This document shows positions 17,561 through 26,187 of a stretch of 27,934 nucleotides of DNA, piece after piece; position 1 is the stretch's first letter, and the number at the start of each line of letters is the position of its first letter. The notes below the pieces were generated by a model. The model had not been told where the DNA came from. It did not search any database and worked only from the letters and a program-made list of their open reading frames with translations. Source of the DNA: Methanocella sp. (GTDB lineage Archaea; Thermoproteota; Bathyarchaeia; Bathyarchaeales; Bathycorpusculaceae); contig JBLNCY010000025.1 of the NCBI GenBank assembly GCA_050261115.1, positions 1-27,934 of the forward strand, in the 5' to 3' direction. Both the position numbers and the translations under genes were made by a program.

Positions 17561-17642
17561 GGTTGGTTTAGAGGAAAGAGTGCTCTGTGTCTAAGGGGAA
17601 CACATTAAAAATCATTGACTTCTCAAACCTCATAAACCAACC
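17561..17642 (-). promoter_or_regulatory. Structured 5' leader (candidate cis-regulatory RNA)
   Basis: 10-bp perfect stem 17561-17570/17633-17642, continued by GAGG/CCTC and GAG/CTC, with an inner hairpin TGTGT/ACACA. Confidence 0.45.
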
Positions 17643-17766
17643 AGTTAAAAATTCCGTGCATCCGCTAGCCGCTTCTGTTAGCGTTTCTTGGGATTGCAAG
17701 GTTAATTGCATCATGTCACCTTCTGGACGCACAGGTAGGATTGTGCAGCTGTGAATAATTTAAAAA

Positions 17767-17794
17767 TTTGTGATTGTGTCGATACAGTCACAAA
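17767..17794. promoter_or_regulatory. 28-bp imperfect palindrome, putative transcription-factor site
   Basis: TTTGTGATTGTGTC|GATACAGTCACAAA, 12 of 14 positions symmetric. Abuts a minus-strand TATA-like TTTTTAAA at 17759-17766. Confidence 0.55.
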
Positions 17795-18000
17795 CGCTAA
17801 CTTGGCGCAGTATTTTTGTAAGTGACATAGTGCCCTCTGGCATGATGCTGCAAATCGGTGGAGCTTTCGAAATATTCTCCACACCAGGGACACTTAAACT
17901 TGAATTCTAATTTCACAATTACCAAATCTATCTGTTATTTTATTGTTTAAGAGGATATGCGAGTAACAAAACTATCGAATGATTGGAAAAGAAGGAATGG

Positions 18001-18237
18001 TTACTTGTCTTCGACCACAATCATGGTGAGCGTCGAACGGACTTTGTCGAGTCTGCGTATGCGCCAAGTAACGATTTCTTTGAGTTTATCCATCGTGTCT
18101 GCTTTTACTCTTGCTACGATGTCATAAACTCCATACACGGCGGATGCTTCCTCAACGCCTTCAACCTTCTTCAGCTCCTTTAAAACATCTGATTCAGAGC
18201 CTATCTCGGTATTAATCAACACAAACGCTGTAGGCAT
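18001..18237 (-). CDS. Stand-alone Lrp/AsnC RAM domain protein
   Basis: MPTAFVLINTEIGSE...GVEEA..VYGVYDIVARV......L...V..RIR.L..VRSTLTMIV. Start at ATG 18237 chosen by alignment to the paralogues. Confidence 0.92.
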   Translation of the reverse strand: MPTAFVLINTEIGSESDVLKELKKVEGVEEASAVYGVYDIVARVKADTMDKLKEIVTWRIRRLDKVRSTLTMIVVEDK

Positions 18238-18326
18238 ATCTATCCTCAAAGTAAAGAATGGTGCCGTGACATTAAAAATGTTTCCTAGCAAATAGCTAAG
18301 CTCTAAGATGATAAGTGCCTAAGCCG

Positions 18327-19382
18327 TTAGTGCACTTTTGGTTTTTGTTCCCTGTTTTGGCGTATAATCTTTAGTCCCGACCATTGCAGTGCCACATAAG
18401 ACACACAGAGGCGGAACCATAACGTGACGATGCGGGTAAGTAATGCTACTGCGATTGCCACTTCAGGGTTTATACTAAGCGCCTGCAGGGTGAACGCCAT
18501 CACTACCTCGGGGAAACCAAAAAACGCCACTCCCACCGTCTGCAAAACTCCTGTCAGGGTGAAAACGATGAAGATAGCGTCTATACGTATGGGCTGCCCC
18601 AACGCGGCAAACGCTAAAAAGAACACTGAGACTTCACAGGCAAAACTTGCTGCTGAGTACAGTAGAGGCAGGGCTAGAGTTTTGGGTTTGGCTCTTAGGT
18701 GTGCAACGCCTGAGTGGAAATTCCCCAGCGCCGATTCGATTTTAGCGATGAAGCTTGTTGGGTTCCAATTTTTTCGAAAGAACTGCACGATTCTAACCGC
18801 CCAACCCACAAGCGTTTTGGTGGCGGAGGGCTTGAAGCTGATATAGTAAACTACGCCTAGTACCGTTATTGAGAGAAACAGTACAACTGTAATTAGTAAC
18901 GCGGCTGAAAGGGGCAGAGCACTGTTGAAAAGTACCAGCCCCAATCCAGCACTTAGGGTAACGACTGTTAGGGTCATGTTGAAGATTTTCTGCCAGATAA
19001 CTGAGGCGCCGATTTTTCCTGCATCAATATTGGAGTCTTTGGAGAGCATGTATGTTTTGGAGATCTCCGCTGACCAGCCTAGCTGCGGTACAGTTGCTTC
19101 GAAGAATAGACCAACCCAGGTGTATAGAAAGGCTTTGTTGCGTGAGACTTTAACGTTTACTTCGTTTAGGAGGCGATACCACGCTAACGAGGAAAAGACC
19201 GTGTTTAATGTGTACATGAAGAAGGCTGCGGCGTAGATGGCGAGGTTAGTATGGGTGAGAATTTGCGCTACCTCTTGGGGGTTAACGTAGAAGAAGAAGT
19301 AAAGGAAAAATGCGATTAAGCCTGCTACGAGGATGATTAGGATTGGTTTGGATTTAAGAGGTTTAGCTGCGTTGGATTCCAT
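18327..19382 (-). CDS. UPF0104 / lysylphosphatidylglycerol-synthase TM (flippase-like) membrane protein
   Basis: About 8 TM helices. W..L......S..KAFLY.W.G.F....VP....S.E motif and LLTRIVTLWFR. Confidence 0.85.
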   Translation of the reverse strand: MESNAAKPLKSKPILIILVAGLIAFFLYFFFYVNPQEVAQILTHTNLAIYAAAFFMYTLNTVFSSLAWYRLLNEVNVKVSRNKAFLYTWVGLFFEATVPQLGWSAEISKTYMLSKDSNIDAGKIGASVIWQKIFNMTLTVVTLSAGLGLVLFNSALPLSAALLITVVLFLSITVLGVVYYISFKPSATKTLVGWAVRIVQFFRKNWNPTSFIAKIESALGNFHSGVAHLRAKPKTLALPLLYSAASFACEVSVFFLAFAALGQPIRIDAIFIVFTLTGVLQTVGVAFFGFPEVVMAFTLQALSINPEVAIAVALLTRIVTLWFRLCVSYVALQWSGLKIIRQNREQKPKVH

Positions 19383-19447
19383 AAATCGCCTAAGGCCTCG
19401 CTTAACGTTTGGTAGCTAACCATTTAAGCTTAACACAAACAACTAGG

Positions 19448-20113
19448 CTACCGCCGCTTTGCGTTGCAGGTTCTTCTTCGCAGGTAATGCACAAGCCAGG
19501 CCACAAACGCAGATAACACAACCACGATGACACCGCCCACCAATACCAACGACGCAAAATCAAACACTAACCCAGATTCTGCTCGCCACATATTAGTAGC
19601 GGAGGCTACCGAGTGAATAGCGTACTCTGGCGTCTGTGTGTTTCCTTCGACGCTTACGCCGGTGGCTTTATCCCAGTAGTAGGTGTTGTTGCCCATGGTG
19701 GCATAGAGTACCGTTCTTTGGACGCCCACATAGGTTCTTTCTTCTGATCCAGTGATGGTTATGCTGCCGTAGTGTTCGTCTTTGAAGCTGTCGCCGACGT
19801 TTAGGTTGGCGGGAATTATGAAGTCGTCGATTAAGTGTCCAGTTTCTAGGTTGATGGTTGCGGTGATTGTGTCGGTTATGCCGTCGGTGAATCTTGAGGT
19901 TAGGGTTACGGTTATGTTGGGGGATTGGGCGGCTATTACTTCCATTCTTGCCCATTCCACATCGTGACCTTGCATGGGTGCTCCTGAGGAGGTTACGTTA
20001 TATTCTATCCAGTCGCCGCTTTTCACTCCCACAGAAATCCCCTCGGATGAAGCTGCGGTGGCTACGCTTAACAGGATTACTGTTGTGAGTAGGGCAGCAA
20101 GTTTATGTCTCAT
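19448..20113 (-). CDS. Secreted, C-terminally anchored hypothetical protein
   Basis: Signal peptide, VGVKSGDWIEY..., IPANLNVGD and YYWDKATGV motifs, then TM and RRR. Confidence 0.85.
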   Translation of the reverse strand: MRHKLAALLTTVILLSVATAASSEGISVGVKSGDWIEYNVTSSGAPMQGHDVEWARMEVIAAQSPNITVTLTSRFTDGITDTITATINLETGHLIDDFIIPANLNVGDSFKDEHYGSITITGSEERTYVGVQRTVLYATMGNNTYYWDKATGVSVEGNTQTPEYAIHSVASATNMWRAESGLVFDFASLVLVGGVIVVVLSAFVAWLVHYLRRRTCNAKRR

Positions 20114-20176
20114 AAAATCTCTGTTGACTGTTTAACTTAATAAGAAATGCGTTAAAGATAAAATAAGGTGAAGCGT

Positions 20177-20410
20177 TTATTCTTCCATCATAATCAGAGT
20201 TAGGGTGGACCGGACTCGGTTAAGCGTTCTTATTTTACGGGTTACTAAGTCCTTGAGTTTCTCCATGGTTTCCGCTCTAACTCTGCTGATTATGTCATAA
20301 ACGCCGTAAGAGTAGTAGGCTTCTTCTACGCCTGCCACTGTTTTTAGTTGATTGACAACTTCTTCTTCTGAGCCTGATTCAACGTTGATGAGTACATAGG
20401 CTTGTGGCAT
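20177..20410 (-). CDS. Stand-alone Lrp/AsnC RAM domain protein
   Basis: MPQAYVLINVESGSE...GVEEAY.SYGVYDII.RV...KIR.L..VRSTLTL. Confidence 0.92.
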   Translation of the reverse strand: MPQAYVLINVESGSEEEVVNQLKTVAGVEEAYYSYGVYDIISRVRAETMEKLKDLVTRKIRTLNRVRSTLTLIMMEE

Positions 20411-20539
20411 TTATTTTATCGCTCCACGTATGCTATTGCAACTGTGATTAATAGTTGTTATGCAAAAAGACCCTCTGTACTATCCAAGATTTTAGGTTAC
20501 CAAAAGTCTTATCAGTACACAACTCACTGAATAAATACG

Positions 20540-20869
20540 GTGAAACCGATGGTTTATTGCACAAGATGCGGAACTTATAATCCAGAGAATGCACAGAACT
20601 GCTCTAACTGCGGCGCACCCCTCTACAGCACAGAGTCACGCTCCTACGCTCGCCAAGGGTATACCCGTTACGGCGAAGAGCCTTTTTGGGGAAGCGGCGT
20701 CAGGCTTTTAATTGCAGGGTTATTTGTTATACTCATCGGTTTAGGCGCTCTTTTTGGCTGGAACATATGGTCGTTGATTTGGCCCATGATACTGATTCTT
20801 ATAGGCCTCTGGATTATTGTGTTGGGCTTGCGACGTAATCGCAGATACCGACAAGCAACATCTTCCTAG
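20540..20869 (+). CDS. Zinc-ribbon protein with two C-terminal TM helices
   Basis: YCTRCG..N...A.NCSNCGAPL followed by two hydrophobic helices (IWPMILILIGLWII). The start may be ATG 20549. Confidence 0.85.
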   Translation: MKPMVYCTRCGTYNPENAQNCSNCGAPLYSTESRSYARQGYTRYGEEPFWGSGVRLLIAGLFVILIGLGALFGWNIWSLIWPMILILIGLWIIVLGLRRNRRYRQATSS

Positions 20870-20980
20870 TTTGCTCTTTTCTCATGCTATTTTACGTGTG
20901 ATTGCTTATTTTTATGCACCTTGCACAAAAAGAGTTAATAGGACTTAGCATGAAAGGTGTAGGCTAATGCGGGGAAACTA

Positions 20981-22600
20981 ATGGTTAAGTATATTTTCGT
21001 AACTGGCGGTGTCCTGAGCTCTGTTGGAAAGGGAATTTTAACTTCCTCCATTGGCAAAATGTTACAAGCAAGAGGACTAAAACCAACCGTAGTAAAAATC
21101 GATCCATACGTTAACATTGATGCGGGTACAATGAACCCGTACATGCACGGCGAAGTTTTCGTTACCGATGACGGCGGCGAAACCGACCTTGACTTGGGCT
21201 GGTATGAACGCTTTTTGGATTTAAGCCTCAAACAGGATAATAACTTAACCACTGGTACCATCTATCGAAGTGTAATCGAGAAGGAACGCCATGGCGATTA
21301 CCTTGGCAGATGCGTCCAGATTGTTCCACATATCACTAATGAGATTAAGAACCGCATAAGAAACGCCGGCAAATCCGTCAATGCTGACATCGTATTGACT
21401 GAAGTCGGCGGAACAGTCGGCGACATCGAAGGCTTACCTTTTCTTGAAGCCATTCGTCAAATGCGTCTAGAAGAGGGATATGAAAACACACTATACGTTC
21501 ACGTTGCGCTTGTGCCCGTCCTAGATGTTACAGGCGAGATGAAAACAAAACCCTTACAGCACAGCGTCAACGAGTTGCGTCGCATAGGCATCCAGCCTGA
21601 CACAATTGTTGCAAGAAGCCCCCAGATGATAGATGCTGAAGCGCTAAGAAAAATAGCTGTGTTTGGCACTATACCGGAGAGCTCGGTTTTCTGTTCCTAT
21701 AACGCTGAAACCGTCTATGAGGTGCCTCTGCTGCTTGACAAGCAGGGTATGGGTGACTTTATCTGTCAACGCCTCGGATTAAAATGCGACTCTAAAGACT
21801 TCAGCCAATGGCAAACATTTGTCGAAAGCATGCTTCACCCCGATTATGAAGTCAAAATAGCGCTAGTCGGGAAATATGCAGGTTTATCGGATAGCTACGT
21901 GAGTATGACTGAAGCGCTCCGCCACGGCGGCGCAGCTTGCAAAGCCAAAGTTTGTATAAGTTATCTGGAGGCAGAAAAATTCGAGCGGGAACCTGAATGC
22001 CTCAAAGACCTCTCAAATTACGATGGCGTCTTCGTTTCATATGGGTTTGGTCCAAGGGGCACCGAGGGTATGATTGCCGCTACAAAGTACGCCCGAGAAA
22101 ACGACATTCCATTCTTAGGTATCTGCTATGGCTTCCAGCTTGCCGTTATCGAGTTCGCACGTAACGTCGCGGGCTTAACGGATGCTAACAGCACTGAAAT
22201 AAACCCCGATACACCCTACCCTGTCATCGATCTCATGCCTGAGCAGCGAGGCATCGAAATTAAGGGTGCAACTATGCGTCTTGGTGCACACAAAATTGTA
22301 CTCCAAAAAGACAGCTTAGCTGAGAAACTCTATGGCGCAGAGGAAATTCAGGAGCGTCACCGCCACCGCTTCGAAGTTAACCTTGACTATATCGAGGCGC
22401 TTAAGAACAAAGGCTTGTTCTTTACTGGTAAAAGTACAGACGGCCGGAGGATGGAGACGTTAGAGTTGCCTGACAGATACTTCTACTTTGCATCGCAGTT
22501 CCATGGGGAATTTAAGAGTCGGCCCGCTAGGCCCTCGCCGGAATACTTTGGTTTCATCCAAGCTTGCGTTAACAAGAAGCTGGGTAAACCTAAAGCCTAA
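20981..22600 (+). CDS. pyrG: CTP synthase
   Basis: KYIFVTGGVLSSVGKG, HGEVFVTDDGGETDLDLG, GGTVGDIE, KTKP, GICYG (glutaminase Cys), ERHRHR and QFHGE. Confidence 0.98.
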   Translation: MVKYIFVTGGVLSSVGKGILTSSIGKMLQARGLKPTVVKIDPYVNIDAGTMNPYMHGEVFVTDDGGETDLDLGWYERFLDLSLKQDNNLTTGTIYRSVIEKERHGDYLGRCVQIVPHITNEIKNRIRNAGKSVNADIVLTEVGGTVGDIEGLPFLEAIRQMRLEEGYENTLYVHVALVPVLDVTGEMKTKPLQHSVNELRRIGIQPDTIVARSPQMIDAEALRKIAVFGTIPESSVFCSYNAETVYEVPLLLDKQGMGDFICQRLGLKCDSKDFSQWQTFVESMLHPDYEVKIALVGKYAGLSDSYVSMTEALRHGGAACKAKVCISYLEAEKFEREPECLKDLSNYDGVFVSYGFGPRGTEGMIAATKYARENDIPFLGICYGFQLAVIEFARNVAGLTDANSTEINPDTPYPVIDLMPEQRGIEIKGATMRLGAHKIVLQKDSLAEKLYGAEEIQERHRHRFEVNLDYIEALKNKGLFFTGKSTDGRRMETLELPDRYFYFASQFHGEFKSRPARPSPEYFGFIQACVNKKLGKPKA

Positions 22601-22685
22601 TCCCTAAATTTTTTCTGTTCTTTTAGCGTTTTAAGTAAACGTTATAATGCACAGTTTACATGACTCCCTGAAGGATTGATGTATA

Positions 22686-22994
22686 ATGAGCATGGAACCA
22701 ACTGGCGAAAGAGATTCAGATGCTTACAGTAAGAAAATGGTCGAAGCTAAAGACGAATTAGGCCGTCTTCAAGAAGAACTAAAAAACGTTCTTGTAAAAT
22801 TCTGCTTACGTGCACTTCGTGTCTTTCAGACAACAAGAACCGAGCCCCTTAGACCAGGCGAAATTGCCCTAATTATAAACAATGAGCTTGTTAAAGGTGT
22901 TTTATACGATTTGAATCTCCAACCAAGCATTGACGAGATAGTCAAGGCTGCTAAGGAAGCTTGGGCAGAAGAGCAGAAGCAAATATCTGCCTAA
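22686..22994 (+). CDS. Hypothetical alpha-helical protein
   Basis: 102-aa ORF with a TATA-like element upstream and a T-rich tract downstream. Confidence 0.75.
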   Translation: MSMEPTGERDSDAYSKKMVEAKDELGRLQEELKNVLVKFCLRALRVFQTTRTEPLRPGEIALIINNELVKGVLYDLNLQPSIDEIVKAAKEAWAEEQKQISA

Positions 22995-23105
22995 ACATTT
23001 TTTATTTTTGTTCACTCTAACCCGAAGTTTTCTGTTTTTAGCATTGGGGATAGCGTTTATTAATCTCGAAATTTATAGTTAGAAACACCAAAAATGAATT
23101 TGGCG

Positions 23106-23179
23106 TTCTTTGCAATATCAACCACATAATCGGTATGTGTTGGTTTTGCAGAGAAAATCGAGGTTCCCGAATGTTTCGA
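23106..23179 (+). promoter_or_regulatory. Long hairpin(s) in the 5' leader of the receiver gene
   Basis: About 21-bp interrupted stem at 23106-23155 with G-U pairs on the plus strand. A second weak stem at 23158-23179. TATA TTTATA at 23072-23077. Confidence 0.5.
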
Positions 23180-23212
23180 GGAGCCAGTTGTTATAAGAAG
23201 GGAATTTGAGAA

Positions 23213-23611
23213 GTGGCAGCAAACAAAAAAACCATACTAGTTGTCGACGATGATAAATCTATACTTCGTACCTTCACACGAATCTTACAAAAAAGTGGCT
23301 ATGAAATAGATACGGCAGAAACCGGCAAAGAAGCAATGGAGAAAACTGAGAACCGCCACTATGACTTGGCATTGGTTGACATTAGGTTACCGGACATGGA
23401 TGGGACCGATTTGTTGGCTAAACTAAAACCTCAACTCCAACACACCGTCAAAATCATGATCACGGGTTTTCCCTCTCTTGAGACGGGCGTAAAAGCGCTC
23501 GATGAGGGTGCTGATGCTTACTTGGTTAAGCCAGTTAAGCCGCAAGAGCTTTTGGTTTTACTCGATGAGAAGCTTAAGAATCGTGAAGAAACCACCGAAG
23601 TAAGCCATTAA
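23213..23611 (+). CDS. Single-domain response regulator (receiver only)
   Basis: ILVVDDD, LVDIRLPDMDG (phospho-Asp), ITG and GADAYLVKP. Confidence 0.95.
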   Translation: MAANKKTILVVDDDKSILRTFTRILQKSGYEIDTAETGKEAMEKTENRHYDLALVDIRLPDMDGTDLLAKLKPQLQHTVKIMITGFPSLETGVKALDEGADAYLVKPVKPQELLVLLDEKLKNREETTEVSH

Positions 23612-23678
23612 ACTACCAACCAACTGCAGCCTAAACCCTGCAGCTTCGCCTTTTTTTGTTAAACAGTATGGGGTAAAC

Positions 23679-24983
23679 TTGAAGAATTATTGGCTAATCA
23701 CTATTTCCGTTATTGTGGCACTGCTTTTTCTCACTTTGGCCCCTGAAATTACCGACACCGTAAATGGGCAAATAGCTGACCCGTATATTGTAACAGTAGC
23801 GTTTCCAAATTTGTCTTTCAACCAGCCGACCGGATTAATCGCAGACCCAGTCAGCAGTAACAGGCTTTTCGTACTTGAACAAACCGGAACCATCAGGGTC
23901 TTCCAAAACATAAAAAATGCAAGCGACGCCGTAACTTTCCTTGACATAAGTAGTCAAGTGCTCTATGGCGGCGAACAAGGTATTCTCGGCTTAGCCTTCC
24001 ACCCCAACTGCACAACCAATCCCTATTTCTACATCAACTACGTAGCAGACAATCCGCGTCGAACCGTAATCGCCCGCTACACGATAGACCCAAATAACCC
24101 TGACCAAGCCGATCCAGATAGCCAGCGGATAATACTTGAAATTCCTCAGCCACCCTTCAGTAACCATAAAGGTGGGCAATTAGCTTTCGGCTCAGATGGC
24201 TACCTCTACATAGGCGTTGGCGATGGCGGTTCAGCAGGTGATCCACTTGGAAATGGGCAAAACAGGCAGACGCTCCTCGGTAAAATTCTGCGCATAGATA
24301 TTACCCAAACACCAGCAGAGCGTAATTATGGTATTCCCCCAGACAATCCTTATGCGGGCAACAGTTTGGGTTATCGAGAGGAAATTTATGCCTATGGCTT
24401 TCGTAATCCCTGGCGATTTAGCTTCGATTCAGCAACTGGTCAGCTTTGGGTGGCGGATGTGGGGCAGAGTAGCCTTGAAGAAATCGACTTAGTGGAAAAC
24501 GGTAAGAACTATGGCTGGAACATCATGGAGGGAACTGCCTGTTTTAATCCGCCCGGTGACTGTGATCAGACAGGGCTCACCTTGCCTGTGTATAATTATA
24601 CGCATGATGATGGTAACGCAATCATAGGTGGCTATGTTTACCATGGCCAAACCCACCCCGGCCTGCAGGGTGCATACATCTATGGCGATTTTGGCTCGGG
24701 CAGAATCTGGGCACTTTGCTTAAACGGTACTGAACTAAACAATGAGGAACTTGTAGATTCAGGGTTAAGTATAACCTCATTTGGGGTTGATCAAGACGGG
24801 GAATTGTACTTCACTGCATATGACGGCAGAATCTATGAGCTAATGGTTAATCCTATTCCGGAGTTCCCGAGCATGTGGGTCTTCTTTGGTCTTCTGGGCG
24901 TCTTATCGATAATCTTTACAGTGGCAATAATAATTAGAAAACGCTTTGCCCATCTCAGGGTAACCAAGACCCGATTATGCTGA
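23679..24983 (+). CDS. Secreted PQQ-dependent sugar dehydrogenase-like (GSDH beta-propeller) protein with a PEF-CTERM-type tail
   Basis: GEQGILGLAFHP, NHKGGQLAFGSDGYLYIGVGDGG, GKILRID, AYGFRNPWR and NYGW. C-terminal IPEFP, TM, RKR. Confidence 0.92.
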   Translation: MKNYWLITISVIVALLFLTLAPEITDTVNGQIADPYIVTVAFPNLSFNQPTGLIADPVSSNRLFVLEQTGTIRVFQNIKNASDAVTFLDISSQVLYGGEQGILGLAFHPNCTTNPYFYINYVADNPRRTVIARYTIDPNNPDQADPDSQRIILEIPQPPFSNHKGGQLAFGSDGYLYIGVGDGGSAGDPLGNGQNRQTLLGKILRIDITQTPAERNYGIPPDNPYAGNSLGYREEIYAYGFRNPWRFSFDSATGQLWVADVGQSSLEEIDLVENGKNYGWNIMEGTACFNPPGDCDQTGLTLPVYNYTHDDGNAIIGGYVYHGQTHPGLQGAYIYGDFGSGRIWALCLNGTELNNEELVDSGLSITSFGVDQDGELYFTAYDGRIYELMVNPIPEFPSMWVFFGLLGVLSIIFTVAIIIRKRFAHLRVTKTRLC

Positions 24984-25091
24984 AGGCTTATAGTGCTTTT
25001 AAGCTGGTTTTATTTGAAGAATTGTTCGACTTTGAACAAAGATATATAATCGCCCGCTCGTACCTTCTCGGCGACAGGTGCAAACACCATA

Positions 25092-26150
25092 GTGCAGCCA
25101 CCCAAAATGAAATTCACATGGAAGACCGTGCTGCTCCCACTACTTGGTATAGTAGGGTTCTTTCTCTATTTGTACCTCTTCAACGTAGATGTCGTCGGCA
25201 TCATTGCAACGGCACAGCGCGCCAATCCGCTTATCTACTCAGTCGCTGTCCTCTGTGGGTTTATCGAAATCTTTTTCTTTACAGCTTCTTGGCATGCACT
25301 AACAAGCCATATAAACATCAAACTTTCGATAAAGAAAGCGTTTCTCTACGTTTGGTATGGAATCTACGTAGACACTATTGTGCCAGCGGAGTCGATAAGC
25401 GGTGAAGTAGTGAGAGCCTATCTGGTTGTTCGTGACAAATGCAGCTCATTTGGTAAAGCGATGGCGTCATTGTTTATGCATCGAGTTTTGGGCATGACAA
25501 TGAACGTGGTTATACTCATCTTAGGTATTGTGTTAATAAATATCGATGGCAATATCGCAAAACCCATTTTTGACATTATAGTTTTTGTGGCTGTAGGGAT
25601 CACCGTCAGCATTGCCGGCTTGATGGTGCTGGCCTTCAAGAAAGCATGGATGTTAAAAGTCCTCGATTGGTCTACAAGACTTCTCTCAAAAATCACTCTG
25701 GGCCGATGGAACTTGGAGAAATACCGGGAAGGCGCCGTCGAAATCGCCAACCACTTCCACGACTCAATGATCGAGTACCGACATGACCTCAAACCTGTCG
25801 TTGAATCCTTCCTCTACTTGGGTGTAACATGGTTCTTTAGTTTAGTTATTCCCTACCTTGTCTTTTATTCGCTTGGTCAACCCATACACTGGGGAATAAT
25901 CCTCATTACTGCCGCGATAGTTTTAGCGGTAAAATCTATTCCGGTCGGCATTCCTTTTGAGGTAGGTATTCCCGAGGCTACGATGACCACGCTATACATT
26001 GCAATGGGTGTTAACGGCGCCTTTGCCGCAACAGTTACCATACTTACCCGTGTCATAACGCTTTGGCTCCGCTTCTTTACCGGCTTTGCCGCTCAGCAAT
26101 ACCTTGAACTGCAACCCTGTATAGTCAAAGCAGAGAACGGAAAAAACTAA
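25092..26150 (+). CDS. UPF0104 flippase-like membrane protein (paralogue of 18327-19382)
   Basis: KKAFLYVWYGIYVDTIVPAESISGE, GIPEA and LTRVITLWLR. Multiple TM helices. The start may be ATG 25107. Confidence 0.85.
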   Translation: MQPPKMKFTWKTVLLPLLGIVGFFLYLYLFNVDVVGIIATAQRANPLIYSVAVLCGFIEIFFFTASWHALTSHINIKLSIKKAFLYVWYGIYVDTIVPAESISGEVVRAYLVVRDKCSSFGKAMASLFMHRVLGMTMNVVILILGIVLINIDGNIAKPIFDIIVFVAVGITVSIAGLMVLAFKKAWMLKVLDWSTRLLSKITLGRWNLEKYREGAVEIANHFHDSMIEYRHDLKPVVESFLYLGVTWFFSLVIPYLVFYSLGQPIHWGIILITAAIVLAVKSIPVGIPFEVGIPEATMTTLYIAMGVNGAFAATVTILTRVITLWLRFFTGFAAQQYLELQPCIVKAENGKN

Positions 26151-26187
26151 AAACAAACTCAGAGTATTACACTATTAAGACCGAACT

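Noticed and set aside
17711-17893. 60-aa minus-strand ORF between the RAM genes
   Set aside because: Weak start, no SD, and it runs through the dyad and TATA elements. Probably spurious.
907-25792. Many antisense or alternate-frame ORFs in the track (e.g. 907-1275, 2446-2898, 5183-5431, 18424-18846, 24977-25405, 25418-25792)
   Set aside because: They are shadows of well-supported genes with no independent motifs.
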